A stretch of 64,000 bases of DNA from an uncultured Thermoleophilia bacterium. Its GTDB lineage: Bacteria; Actinomycetota; Thermoleophilia; Gaiellales; Gaiellaceae. The notes under the pieces were generated by a model, which was not told the origin of the DNA, did no database searches, and saw only the letters and a program-made list of their open reading frames with translations. Position 1 is the stretch's first letter. Every line of letters starts with the position of its first letter. Of the stretch, positions 34,612 through 43,027 are shown piece after piece. The translations under genes were made by a program, and so were the position numbers. The stretch spans positions 100,478 to 164,477 of the forward strand of contig CAWDWI010000013.1 of the NCBI GenBank assembly GCA_963806025.1, in the 5' to 3' direction.

Positions 34612-34866
34612 ATGAGAAGCAACGAGACAATCGAAGAACTGGCACGCCTGATTGCCGTCATGCAGCCGGCGCCGGGGGGCTGGGTCGAAGCAGCGCAGGA
34701 GCTTCCGCGACTCCACGCCGGCCTGGACGACCTGGTGGCCCGGGCGGAGCAGGATGCCGAGTTGCGCGCCCGTCTCGTGTCCGACCTCGAGTCGGCGCTC
34801 GCCGAGTCGGGCATCGAGCCCACCCCGCGCAGCCTCGCCGAAGCTCGGCGCCGGCTGGGATCCTGA
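34612..34866 (+). CDS. Small helical hypothetical protein (84 aa) immediately after the ECF sigma; possible non-canonical anti-sigma/partner
   Basis: 4-nt gap after the sigma stop. No TM helix and no HxxxCxxC zinc motif. The function is inferred from position only. Confidence 0.4.
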   Translation: MRSNETIEELARLIAVMQPAPGGWVEAAQELPRLHAGLDDLVARAEQDAELRARLVSDLESALAESGIEPTPRSLAEARRRLGS

Positions 34867-34873
34867 AGCCGAG

Positions 34874-35446
34874 TTGAATCTCGAATCGGCCGAGCGCTCC
34901 GCCGACGAGCTGATCGCCGCTCTCGCCTCGGTCGACGAGCCGGCAGCAGCCGGCTCCGCCGCGGCCCTGACGGGAGCGCTCGCCGCCGCGATCGTCTGCA
35001 AGGCAGCCCGCGCTGCCTCGAGACCGGCCTCCGCGGCGCAGGCAATCTCGCTGCAGGACCGCCTGCTCCGACTCGCCCGAGCCGATGCCGAGGTCCTCGG
35101 CGAGGCCCGCGCGGCTCTCCAGTCCCGGGCCGCTCCCGCGCCGGCCGCGGGGCGCGATTTCGCGCTCGGACAGGCGTTGCGCAACGCGTCGGTCGTGCCC
35201 ACCGGGATCGCCGAGACCTGCGCCGACGTCGCGCAGCTCGCCGCCGCCGAGCACGGGTCGGTGGAGCCCGACTTCACCGCCGACGTCGCGGCCGCAGCCA
35301 TCCTCGCCGCGGGCGCGGCGCAGGCCGCTGCCGCTCTCGTCGCCGTCAATCTCCTCGCCGACGACAACGAAGGCGACGTCGTCGCGGCACGCAGCGCGGC
35401 GACAACCGCGGCCGAGGTTGTCGCGCAGCTCGCCGGCGGGATCTAG
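34874..35446 (+). CDS. Cyclodeaminase/cyclohydrolase (FTCD_C-like) family protein
   Basis: SADELIAALASVDEPAAAGSAAALTGALAAAIVCKAARAS resembles the FTCD_C N-terminal helix pair. TTG 34874 was chosen as the start, in frame with track ORF 34652..35446. Confidence 0.55.
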   Translation: MNLESAERSADELIAALASVDEPAAAGSAAALTGALAAAIVCKAARAASRPASAAQAISLQDRLLRLARADAEVLGEARAALQSRAAPAPAAGRDFALGQALRNASVVPTGIAETCADVAQLAAAEHGSVEPDFTADVAAAAILAAGAAQAAAALVAVNLLADDNEGDVVAARSAATTAAEVVAQLAGGI

Positions 35447-35455
35447 CATGCCGCG

Positions 35456-36304
35456 ATGACAGGCGGCAACGAGGAGGCCGTCCGGCGGGAGCCGATGCCG
35501 GCCTGGTCGCTGACCAGTGCGGCGGCGACCGAGATCGGGATCGCCAACCCGCTGCCGGAACGCGTCGATGCCGAGTGGGCATTCGGCGGATCGTCGGGCG
35601 AAGGGATCAAGGTGTGCATCCTCGACAGCGGAGTCGAAGAGGGCCACCCGCTGGTGGGTGACGTGTCGGGGGCAGTGGTGATCTCACTCGACCCGGAAGG
35701 CCGGCCCGTCGCCGACGAGGACACCGAGGGTGACCTGTGCGGGCATGGAACGGCGTGCGCAGGCATTGTCCGGTCGATCGCCCCGGCGGTCGAGATCTAC
35801 TCGGTGCGGGTCCTCGGGGCGGGATTCAAGGGGTCCGGAAAGATCCTGCTCGCCGGGCTGCGCTGGGCGATCGAGCAAGGCTACGACGTGATCAACATGA
35901 GCCTCTCGACCACCAAGCGCGAGCTCGGCGACCACCTGCACGAGCTCGCCGACACCGCGTACTTTCGTCGAACGGTCCTCGTCGCCGCTGCCCACAACAT
36001 GCCCGTCGATTCGTTTCCATGGCGCTTCTCGTCCGTGATCTCCGTGGGCAGCCACGAAGAGGACGACTCCCTGGTCTACTACGCCAATCCCGATCCGCCG
36101 GTCGAGTTCTTCGCGCGCGGAGTCGACGTCGACGTCGCGTGGCTCGGCGGCACCACGATCCGGGCTTCGGGCAACAGCTTCGCAACGCCCTGCATCTCGG
36201 GCATCGCCTCGCTGATCCTCGGCAAGCATCCCGGCCTCACACCGTTTCAGCTGAAGACGGTGCTGCACCTGACCTCCCAAAACGTCAAGGAGAGCCATGC
36301 CTGA
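35456..36304 (+). CDS. Subtilisin-like S8 serine peptidase without a signal peptide (intracellular)
   Basis: Catalytic triad contexts VCILDSGV (Asp), LCGHGTACAG (His) and SGNSFATPCISG (Ser). 282 aa with no hydrophobic N-terminus. Confidence 0.85.
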   Translation: MTGGNEEAVRREPMPAWSLTSAAATEIGIANPLPERVDAEWAFGGSSGEGIKVCILDSGVEEGHPLVGDVSGAVVISLDPEGRPVADEDTEGDLCGHGTACAGIVRSIAPAVEIYSVRVLGAGFKGSGKILLAGLRWAIEQGYDVINMSLSTTKRELGDHLHELADTAYFRRTVLVAAAHNMPVDSFPWRFSSVISVGSHEEDDSLVYYANPDPPVEFFARGVDVDVAWLGGTTIRASGNSFATPCISGIASLILGKHPGLTPFQLKTVLHLTSQNVKESHA

Positions 36305-36938
36305 TCGTCTCTACGCCGCCGTTGCCGCAGGTGTCATGGCCTCCGAAGAGGACTTCACGCGTCTTTTGCGCTCGATCGTCGAGGTCGCTCGTGCGATCTT
36401 CGGCGCGCAGGGCTCGTCGATCTTCCTGCTCGACGAGGAAACGGACGAGCTCGTCTTCGCCGCCGTTGCGAGCGAAGAGGAGCAGTTCCTGATCGGTCAG
36501 CGGTTCCCGTCCTCGACCGGGATCGCCGGCTGGGTCGCCTCCTCCCAGACGCCGCTCGTCCTCGAGGACGTGCAAGCCGACCCTCGCTTCGCGCGCGACA
36601 TCGCCGAGCGGAGCGGTTACGTGCCCAAGGGAATCATGGCCGTCCCGCTGCTCGACGAGGAACGCGTGCTCGGCGTGCTCCAGGTCCTCGACCGACCCTC
36701 GGACGCGCGCTTCTCACTCCGGGAGATGGAACTGCTGGGACTCTTCGCGGGCCAGGCCGCGATCGCACTGTCGCTGCTGATGACGGCGCGGAGCGCCAGG
36801 GCCGCCCTCGCCGGTGATGCCGACGCATCCCTCGTCGCCGGTCTCGCTGGCGCGCTCGACCGCCTCGAGGGCGGCCACAGGGACTCGGCCGACGCTCTGC
36901 TGCGCAGCCTGACCGAGCTTCTCGGCAGCCGGCACTGA
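36297..36938 (+). CDS. GAF domain-containing protein
   Basis: LLRSIVEVARAIFGAQGSSIFLLDEETDELVF...GIAGWVASSQTPLVLEDVQADPRF...MAVPLL..ERVLGVLQV. The start overlaps the S8 gene by 8 nt. Confidence 0.8.
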   Translation: MPDRLYAAVAAGVMASEEDFTRLLRSIVEVARAIFGAQGSSIFLLDEETDELVFAAVASEEEQFLIGQRFPSSTGIAGWVASSQTPLVLEDVQADPRFARDIAERSGYVPKGIMAVPLLDEERVLGVLQVLDRPSDARFSLREMELLGLFAGQAAIALSLLMTARSARAALAGDADASLVAGLAGALDRLEGGHRDSADALLRSLTELLGSRH

Positions 36939-36950
36939 TTCCGAAAACGA

Positions 36951-36976
36951 GAGAGCCCCGCGCTGGCGGGGCTCTC
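36951..36976. terminator. Hairpin between convergent genes (11-bp perfect GC-rich stem, 4-nt loop); T-run on the minus-strand side
   Basis: gagagccccgc-gctg-gcggggctctc read directly. On the minus strand it is followed by tcgttttcgg. Confidence 0.6.
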
Positions 36977-37003
36977 GATCGTCAAAACCGCAGACTCTTT
37001 GAC

Positions 37004-37150
37004 TTACGCGAGGCGATGCGCCTCGACGTCGTCGCTGTCGTCGCTGTTCTCTTCGATGGTCGGGTCCTTCGCGAGGCGGTGCGCCTCGACGTCGTCGTCA
37101 GCCTGCTCCGGATCTGCGTTCTCGTTGAGCCGGTTGCGATCCTCAGACAT
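37004..37150 (-). CDS. Small acidic protein (48 aa) with an internal DDVEAHRLA repeat
   Basis: ATG 37150 is preceded by GGAGGAGG 6 nt upstream. MSEDRNRLNENADPEQADDDVEAHRLAKDPTIEENSDDSDDVEAHRLA. A terminator hairpin lies downstream. Confidence 0.55.
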   Translation of the reverse strand: MSEDRNRLNENADPEQADDDVEAHRLAKDPTIEENSDDSDDVEAHRLA

Positions 37151-37272
37151 TAGAAGCCTCCTCCTGGAACTTTGAACCCGCTCAATCGCGGATGACACCT
37201 ACTAGACGGTCGCGGGGAGAGAAATCTTCCCTCACCCTTCCATAGAGTCGCATTGGATGCAATTGTCCGCCG

Positions 37273-38944
37273 GTGGGGCTGGGCGGCCAATTCTCGGAGT
37301 CCCTGGGCGCGGTGCGCCGCGTCTTCGCCAACCCGAACCTGCGCCGGATCGAGCTCGCGTTCGCCGGGTCGGCGATCGGCAACTACGCATTCTCGGTTGC
37401 GATCGCGATCTTCGCCTTCCATCACGGAGGCGTGGCCGCGGTCGGCATCGTCACCGCGGTTCGGCAGGCCGCAGCGGCCGCGGTCGCGCCGTTTGCCGCG
37501 TCGCTCGCCGATCGGTTCCGTCGAGAACGCGTGATGCTCGCCTCCGACGCCGGCCGCATCGGCTGCTCCGCGGGCATCGCGGTGCTGGTCTCGAGTGGAT
37601 CGCCGACGATCGCCGTCTACGCCCTCGCAGTCGGGGCCTCCGTCTCCGGCGCCGTTTTCCGTCCCGCCGAGGCGTCGCTCGTCCCGCTCGTCGCTCGGTC
37701 TCCGCAGGAGTTGACCGCTGCGAACGTGGCGGCGAGCACGTTCGACAGCGTCGGCGTGTTCGCCGGACCGGCGCTCGGTGCGTTCCTGATCGCCTTCTCG
37801 GGCTATACGGCCTCCTTCACCGTGATCGCGGCGACGTTCGCATGGAGCGCGCTCTTCGTCGTGCGGATCTCCTCCGGCGCGCGCGCCAGCAGAAACGTCC
37901 GAGACCGAGGAGGACGGCGGCGAGACCGGTGGCCTGCGTTCGTTGCTCGCAGGCTTCCGCACGATCGCCCACGAGCCGCGCCTGCGACTCCTGATCGGCC
38001 TCTACGACGCTCAGTGCTTCGTCGCGGGCGCGCTCGGCGTCCTGATCGTCGCCACCGCGATCGATCTGCTCGACATCGGGAACGCCGGCGTCGGCGTCCT
38101 CCAGTCGGCCTGCGGTGTCGGTGCGATCGCAGGGGCCGCCGTCGCACTCACACTCGTCTCTCGCTCACGACTCGGCCGCGGCCTCGCTCTGGGTCTCGTC
38201 CTTTGGGGCGTGCCGCTGATCGTCGTCGGCGCACTCCCCTACTCGTTCGTCGCGGTGATCGCGCTCGCCGTGCTCGGGGTCGGGAACACGCTGGTCGACA
38301 TCTCGACCATGACCTTGATCCAGCGCACGGCCGTCCCCGAGGTCGCAGGCCGGATCTTCGGCGTGCTCGAAAGCTCGATCGTCGCGTCGCTCGCACTCGG
38401 CGCACTCACCGCCCCCGCGCTGATCACGTGGCTCGGCACCCGCGGCGCGCTTCTGACCGTAGGAGTGGTCCTCCCGTTCCTCGCACTCGTCACGCGCGGA
38501 CGGCTCAGCGTGATCGACGACGCAGCTCACATCCCGCTGGACCAGATTGCAGCGATCCGCACCGTTCCGTTCCTCACGCTCCTGCCGCTTCAGATGATCG
38601 AATATCTCGCCGGACAGATGAGCCGGATCGAACTGACGAGCGGCAGCGCGCTCTTCAGCCGCGGCGATCACGGCGACTCGTTCTACATCCTCGACCAGGG
38701 CACGCTCGAGATCGACCTGCCGGAAGGCGTGAAACGTGAGACGGCGCCCGCGTTCGTCGGGGAGATCGCCCTGCTCCACGACATTCCACGCACCGCGACG
38801 GTCAGGGCGGGCGGCGACGCTGTCCTCTGGCGGCTCGACCGCGACGCATTCCTGGCTGCAGTCGGCGGCCACGCACGTGCCCGTGGGCATGCGGACAGCA
38901 TCGTGTTCGCGCGCCTCGACGCTGCCAACGCGAACGCTCTATAG
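37273..38944 (+). pseudogene. MFS transporter fused to a C-terminal cyclic nucleotide-binding domain; reading frame broken once (near 37865-37900)
   Basis: The N-terminal MFS half is in the frame of ORF 37273. The C-terminal MFS half plus the cNMP domain (FVGEIALLHDIPRTATVRA) is in the frame of ORF 37943. The junction lies at a ggcgcgcgcgcc run. This may be an assembly error rather than a true pseudogene. Confidence 0.75.
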
Positions 38945-39334
38945 ATCCGAGGCGCGGCGCTCCGCGATCAATGCACGCAGCCGCTCCACCGCTTCCGGGG
39001 CCTTGCGCTCGAGGGCCCAGACGGCAGGCTTGAAGAGCGCAATCAACCGCATCGGAGAAGTTGCGACAACGGACGCCGTGCGGCGGCCGGACGCGAGGAC
39101 TGCCATCTCGCCGAACACGTCGCCCGGCCCGAGGCTGACCACTGTTGTGCCGTTGGCATTGACGTCCGCTGTGCCGCTCTCGATCGCGTACAGCGCATGG
39201 CCGAAATCGCCCTCCGTGACCAGAGTTTGTCCCTCGCCTGCCTCGACCTCGGTGGCCGCGGCGGCAACCGCCTCGAGATCTGCGCCGTCCAGGTCGCCGA
39301 ACAAGGGGATCGCCGCGAGCCGTTCAGTCTCCAT
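38939..39334 (-). CDS. Stand-alone cyclic nucleotide-binding domain protein, no HTH
   Basis: ATG 39334 gives METERLAAIPLFGDLDGADLEAVA and the cassette FGEMAVLASGRRTASVVA. 131 aa. The track ORF is extended to 39550. Its stop overlaps the convergent MFS stop (ctatag). Confidence 0.8.
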   Translation of the reverse strand: METERLAAIPLFGDLDGADLEAVAAAATEVEAGEGQTLVTEGDFGHALYAIESGTADVNANGTTVVSLGPGDVFGEMAVLASGRRTASVVATSPMRLIALFKPAVWALERKAPEAVERLRALIAERRASDL

Positions 39335-39434
39335 CGCGCACGAACCTACACCGGGCCGGGTAGAGGTTTGGTGAACGGGCGGGGGACGCGCCGGAACGAA
39401 CTGGTGAACGGCCGTCGCAGTAGGCTTCTGCTCG

Positions 39435-42400
39435 ATGACTTGCCCGAACTGCGGAACACAGAACAGCGCGGGTCGTCGATTCTGCGGGGCGTGCGCCGCG
39501 CCGCTCGAGCTGGCGTGTCCCGCCTGCGGCGCCGCGAACGAGCCGGGCATGCGGTTCTGCGGCGCGTGCGCCCACCCGCTCGATGAGGTCGGCGCGACGG
39601 CCGCCCCGGAAGCGTCCGCTCAAACGGTTGCGGCACCGCCGGCCGCCGAGCGCCGGCTCGTCTCCGTCCTGTTCGCCGACCTCGTCGGCTTCACGACGCT
39701 CTCCGAGTCTCGCGATCCGGAGGACGTCCGCGAGATCCTCTCCCGCTACTTCGACAACTCCCGGCGCCTGATTACGCTCTACGGCGGCACGGTCGAGAAG
39801 TTCATCGGCGATGCGGTGATGGCCGTGTGGGGCGCGCCGACGGCAACCGAGGACGACGCCGAGCGCGCGGTTCGGGCCGCGCTGGACCTCGTCGCCGCCG
39901 TCTCGGCGCTCGGCGACGAGCTCGGGGCGCCACTTCGCGCGCGGGCCGGCGTATTGACCGGCGAAGCCGCGGTGACGATCGGGGCGAAGAGCGAAGGCAT
40001 GGTCGCGGGAGATCTGGTCAACACCGCTTCCCGCATCCAGTCGGCCGCTGAGCCTGGATCGGTCTACGTGGGCGAGTCGACGCGACGCGCCACCGAGCGC
40101 TCGGTCGCCTATGACTCGGCAGGCGAGCATGTCCTGAAAGGGAAGGCCGAGGCGCTGCCGCTCTGGCGTGCACTGCGCGTCGTCTCAGGCGTGGGCGGTC
40201 AGCTCCGGTCGCAGGGGCTCGAAGCGCCGTTCGTCGGCCGTGACCGCGAGCTGCGCCGGATCAAAGAGCTCTTCCATGCCTGCGCAGACGAGCGGCGGGC
40301 GCACCTCGTCTCGGTGACCGGGATCGCCGGCATCGGCAAGTCGCGGCTCGGCTGGGAGTTCTACAAGTACTTCGACGGGATCGTCGAGCAGATCTGGTGG
40401 CACCGCGGCCGCTGCCTTGCGTACGGCGACGGCGTTGCGTACTGGGCCCTTGCCGACATGGTGCGGATGCGCTGCCGCATCTCCGAGGACGAGCCTGTCG
40501 AGGCCGCTCTGACCAAGCTGCGTGAAACGCTCCGCGAGCAGCTGCTCGACGACGACGAGCGCCGCTTCGTCGAGCCTCGCCTCGCCCAGCTGCTTGGCCT
40601 CGCGGACCGCGAATCGAGCGACCGGCAGGACCTGTTCGCCGCCTGGCGTCTGTTCTTCGAGCGCCTCGCCGACTCGAACCCTGTTGTCCTGCTCTTCGAG
40701 GACTTGCAGTGGGCGGACGCCTCGCTGCTCGACTTCATCGAGTACCTGCTCGAATGGGCGCGCAACCACCCCGTCTACGTGATCACCCTCTCACGGCCGG
40801 AACTGCACGAGCGGCGGCCCGACTGGGGCGCTGCGCAGCGGAACTTCACGTCGATCTACCTCGAACCGCTCTCCGAGAGCGCAATGACCGAGCTGCTCGC
40901 CGGGCTCGTCCCCGGCTTGCCGGGCGGGCTGCTCGCCCAGATCCTCGCCCGCGCCGAAGGCGTCCCCCTCTACGCGGTCGAGACGGTGCGGATGCTGCTG
41001 GACCGCGGCGCACTCGAGCGGTCCGGCGATCTCTATCTCCCGACCGGCGAGCTGGAGACGCTCGAGGTGCCCGAGACACTGCAGGCGCTGATCGCTGCGC
41101 GGCTGGACGGCCTGAGCGACACCGACCGGCGACTGCTCCAGGTGGCGTCCGTGCTCGGCAAGACCTTCACACGCACGTCGCTCGCCAGCCTCTCCGGATT
41201 GTCGGAGCCCGAGCTCGAACCGCTGCTCGCCGCGCTCGTGCGGAAAGAGGTGCTCTCGCTCCACGCCGACGCCAGAGCTCCGGAGCACGGTCAGTACGGC
41301 TTCCTTCAGGATCTCGTGCGACGGGTCGCCTACGACACGCTGGCCAGACAGCAGCGCAAGCAGCTGCATCTCGCCGCGGCCGATTTTCTGAGCTCGTCGG
41401 GAGCCGAGGACGAACTGGCCGAGGTGATCGCCGCCCACCTGCTCGCTGCCTTCGAGGCCTCGCCCGATGCTGCCGACGCGGAGGATCTGCAAGCTCGCGC
41501 TGCGGGGGCGCTGCTGCTGGCCGGCGAGCGTGCGGCGTCGCTCGGAGCCGCCGCCGAGGCCAAGCGCTATTTCGAGCAGGCCGCGAGGCTCGCCGCCGCG
41601 GACGATGTCCGCGCCCGCCTGATCGCCAGAGCCGGAGAGATGGCCTACAGCGCGTCGCAGCCCAGCGCGGCGAAGGCGTTGCTCGACGAGGCCCAGACGG
41701 CCTTCACCGCGCTCGGAGATGTGCGAGCGACCGCCGGTGTTGTCTCGCTGCTCGCGACGCTCGACTTCGAGGACGGCCACCCGCCGCAGGCGGTTGCACG
41801 GCTCGAACCCGTGATCGCGGAGCTCGAGGCTGGGGAGCCCGATGCGGTGCTCGCGGAGATCGCGGGCCAGCTTGGCCGCTTCCTGATCTTCGCCGGCGAG
41901 CCGGAACGCGCCGCTCCGTACCTGGAGCGCGCACTGACGCTCGCCGAGCTGCTCGATCTGCCGGAGACGTTCGTTCAGGCCCTGAACAGCAAATCGGTGC
42001 TGGCGATCCAGCACGGCCGTCTGCGCGAATCGCGGATCCTCCTCGAAGGAGCCCTCGAGATCGCGCTCGCGCAGGAGCTCCACTCGGCGGCGCTCCGCGC
42101 TTACAACAACCTGTCGGTCCTGTTGTGGTCGGTCGACGATTGGAAGGCAAACCTCACCAACATGGAGCGTGCGCTCGAGCTCGCGCGGCGCGTCGGGCAC
42201 CGGAACTGGGAGGCGAACTTCGTGGCGGGGTCGATCGGCACGCTCGACATGCTCGGTCGCTGGGACGAGGCGCTCGCCCGTGGCGTCGAGGCAGATGAGC
42301 TTGCGACGAACGAGTTCGCGCGCGGCCTTCGGCTGCAAGTGGTTCGCATCCTCGCTGCACGTGGAGAGCTCCACCGCGCGAGAGAGATCCTCGTCGAGGA

Positions 42401-42977
42401 CGCGAGCATCTCGCAGTCGGAGAACGCCGATTTCTCAGGCGGCTACGCCATGGTCGAGTCGTGCCTCCTGCGTGCCGAAGGGGACCTCGACGGTGCCCTG
42501 GCTGCGAGCGACCGCGCGTTGGCCCTGGGCCTGGGCATGGATCTCGCCGGGCCGCGAAAGTACACCCTCTTCGAGGCGCTCGAGGTAGCCGCCGAGCGCG
42601 GCGAGCTCGAGCGGCTGCGCACCCTCCTCGCTCAACTCGACGTCCTCCGGCCCGGCCAGGTGACACCGACGATTCGTGCGACCCGAGCGCGCTTCCGCGC
42701 CTACCTGCCCGAGGCCGAAGCCGAGGCCGAGTTTCGGATTGCTGAGGGCGTGTTCGCCGACCTCGAGCTGCCGTTCTTCCTCGCGCTCACCCGCTTCGAG
42801 GCAGCAGCGCGCCTTCTGGCGGCCGATCGTGAGCCGGAGGCCGAGCCGCTGCTCACAGCAGCCGCCACGACGTTCGAGCGTCTGCAGGCAACGCCGTGGC
42901 TCGATCGCGTCGAACGACTCAGTCCGCGCGCACTCACACGCTCCACCGCGGACTCGGAGCCCTCCCTGCCGACGTAA
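39435..42977 (+). CDS. Double zinc-ribbon + class III adenylate/guanylate cyclase + AAA/STAND ATPase + TPR protein (1180 aa)
   Basis: MTCPNCGTQN..FCGACAAPL..CPACGAAN..FCGACAHPL. CHD with canonical residues: VLFADLVGFT, EKFIGDAVMAVWG, GDLVNTASRIQS. P-loop VTGIAGIGKSRL. Long TPR-like C-terminus. Confidence 0.85.
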   Translation: MTCPNCGTQNSAGRRFCGACAAPLELACPACGAANEPGMRFCGACAHPLDEVGATAAPEASAQTVAAPPAAERRLVSVLFADLVGFTTLSESRDPEDVREILSRYFDNSRRLITLYGGTVEKFIGDAVMAVWGAPTATEDDAERAVRAALDLVAAVSALGDELGAPLRARAGVLTGEAAVTIGAKSEGMVAGDLVNTASRIQSAAEPGSVYVGESTRRATERSVAYDSAGEHVLKGKAEALPLWRALRVVSGVGGQLRSQGLEAPFVGRDRELRRIKELFHACADERRAHLVSVTGIAGIGKSRLGWEFYKYFDGIVEQIWWHRGRCLAYGDGVAYWALADMVRMRCRISEDEPVEAALTKLRETLREQLLDDDERRFVEPRLAQLLGLADRESSDRQDLFAAWRLFFERLADSNPVVLLFEDLQWADASLLDFIEYLLEWARNHPVYVITLSRPELHERRPDWGAAQRNFTSIYLEPLSESAMTELLAGLVPGLPGGLLAQILARAEGVPLYAVETVRMLLDRGALERSGDLYLPTGELETLEVPETLQALIAARLDGLSDTDRRLLQVASVLGKTFTRTSLASLSGLSEPELEPLLAALVRKEVLSLHADARAPEHGQYGFLQDLVRRVAYDTLARQQRKQLHLAAADFLSSSGAEDELAEVIAAHLLAAFEASPDAADAEDLQARAAGALLLAGERAASLGAAAEAKRYFEQAARLAAADDVRARLIARAGEMAYSASQPSAAKALLDEAQTAFTALGDVRATAGVVSLLATLDFEDGHPPQAVARLEPVIAELEAGEPDAVLAEIAGQLGRFLIFAGEPERAAPYLERALTLAELLDLPETFVQALNSKSVLAIQHGRLRESRILLEGALEIALAQELHSAALRAYNNLSVLLWSVDDWKANLTNMERALELARRVGHRNWEANFVAGSIGTLDMLGRWDEALARGVEADELATNEFARGLRLQVVRILAARGELHRAREILVEDASISQSENADFSGGYAMVESCLLRAEGDLDGALAASDRALALGLGMDLAGPRKYTLFEALEVAAERGELERLRTLLAQLDVLRPGQVTPTIRATRARFRAYLPEAEAEAEFRIAEGVFADLELPFFLALTRFEAAARLLAADREPEAEPLLTAAATTFERLQATPWLDRVERLSPRALTRSTADSEPSLPT

Positions 42978-43027
42978 CGATCCCCGGTGTGCTTGCCAGG
43001 GTCGCGCAATGAGGAGATCCTCTGCTC

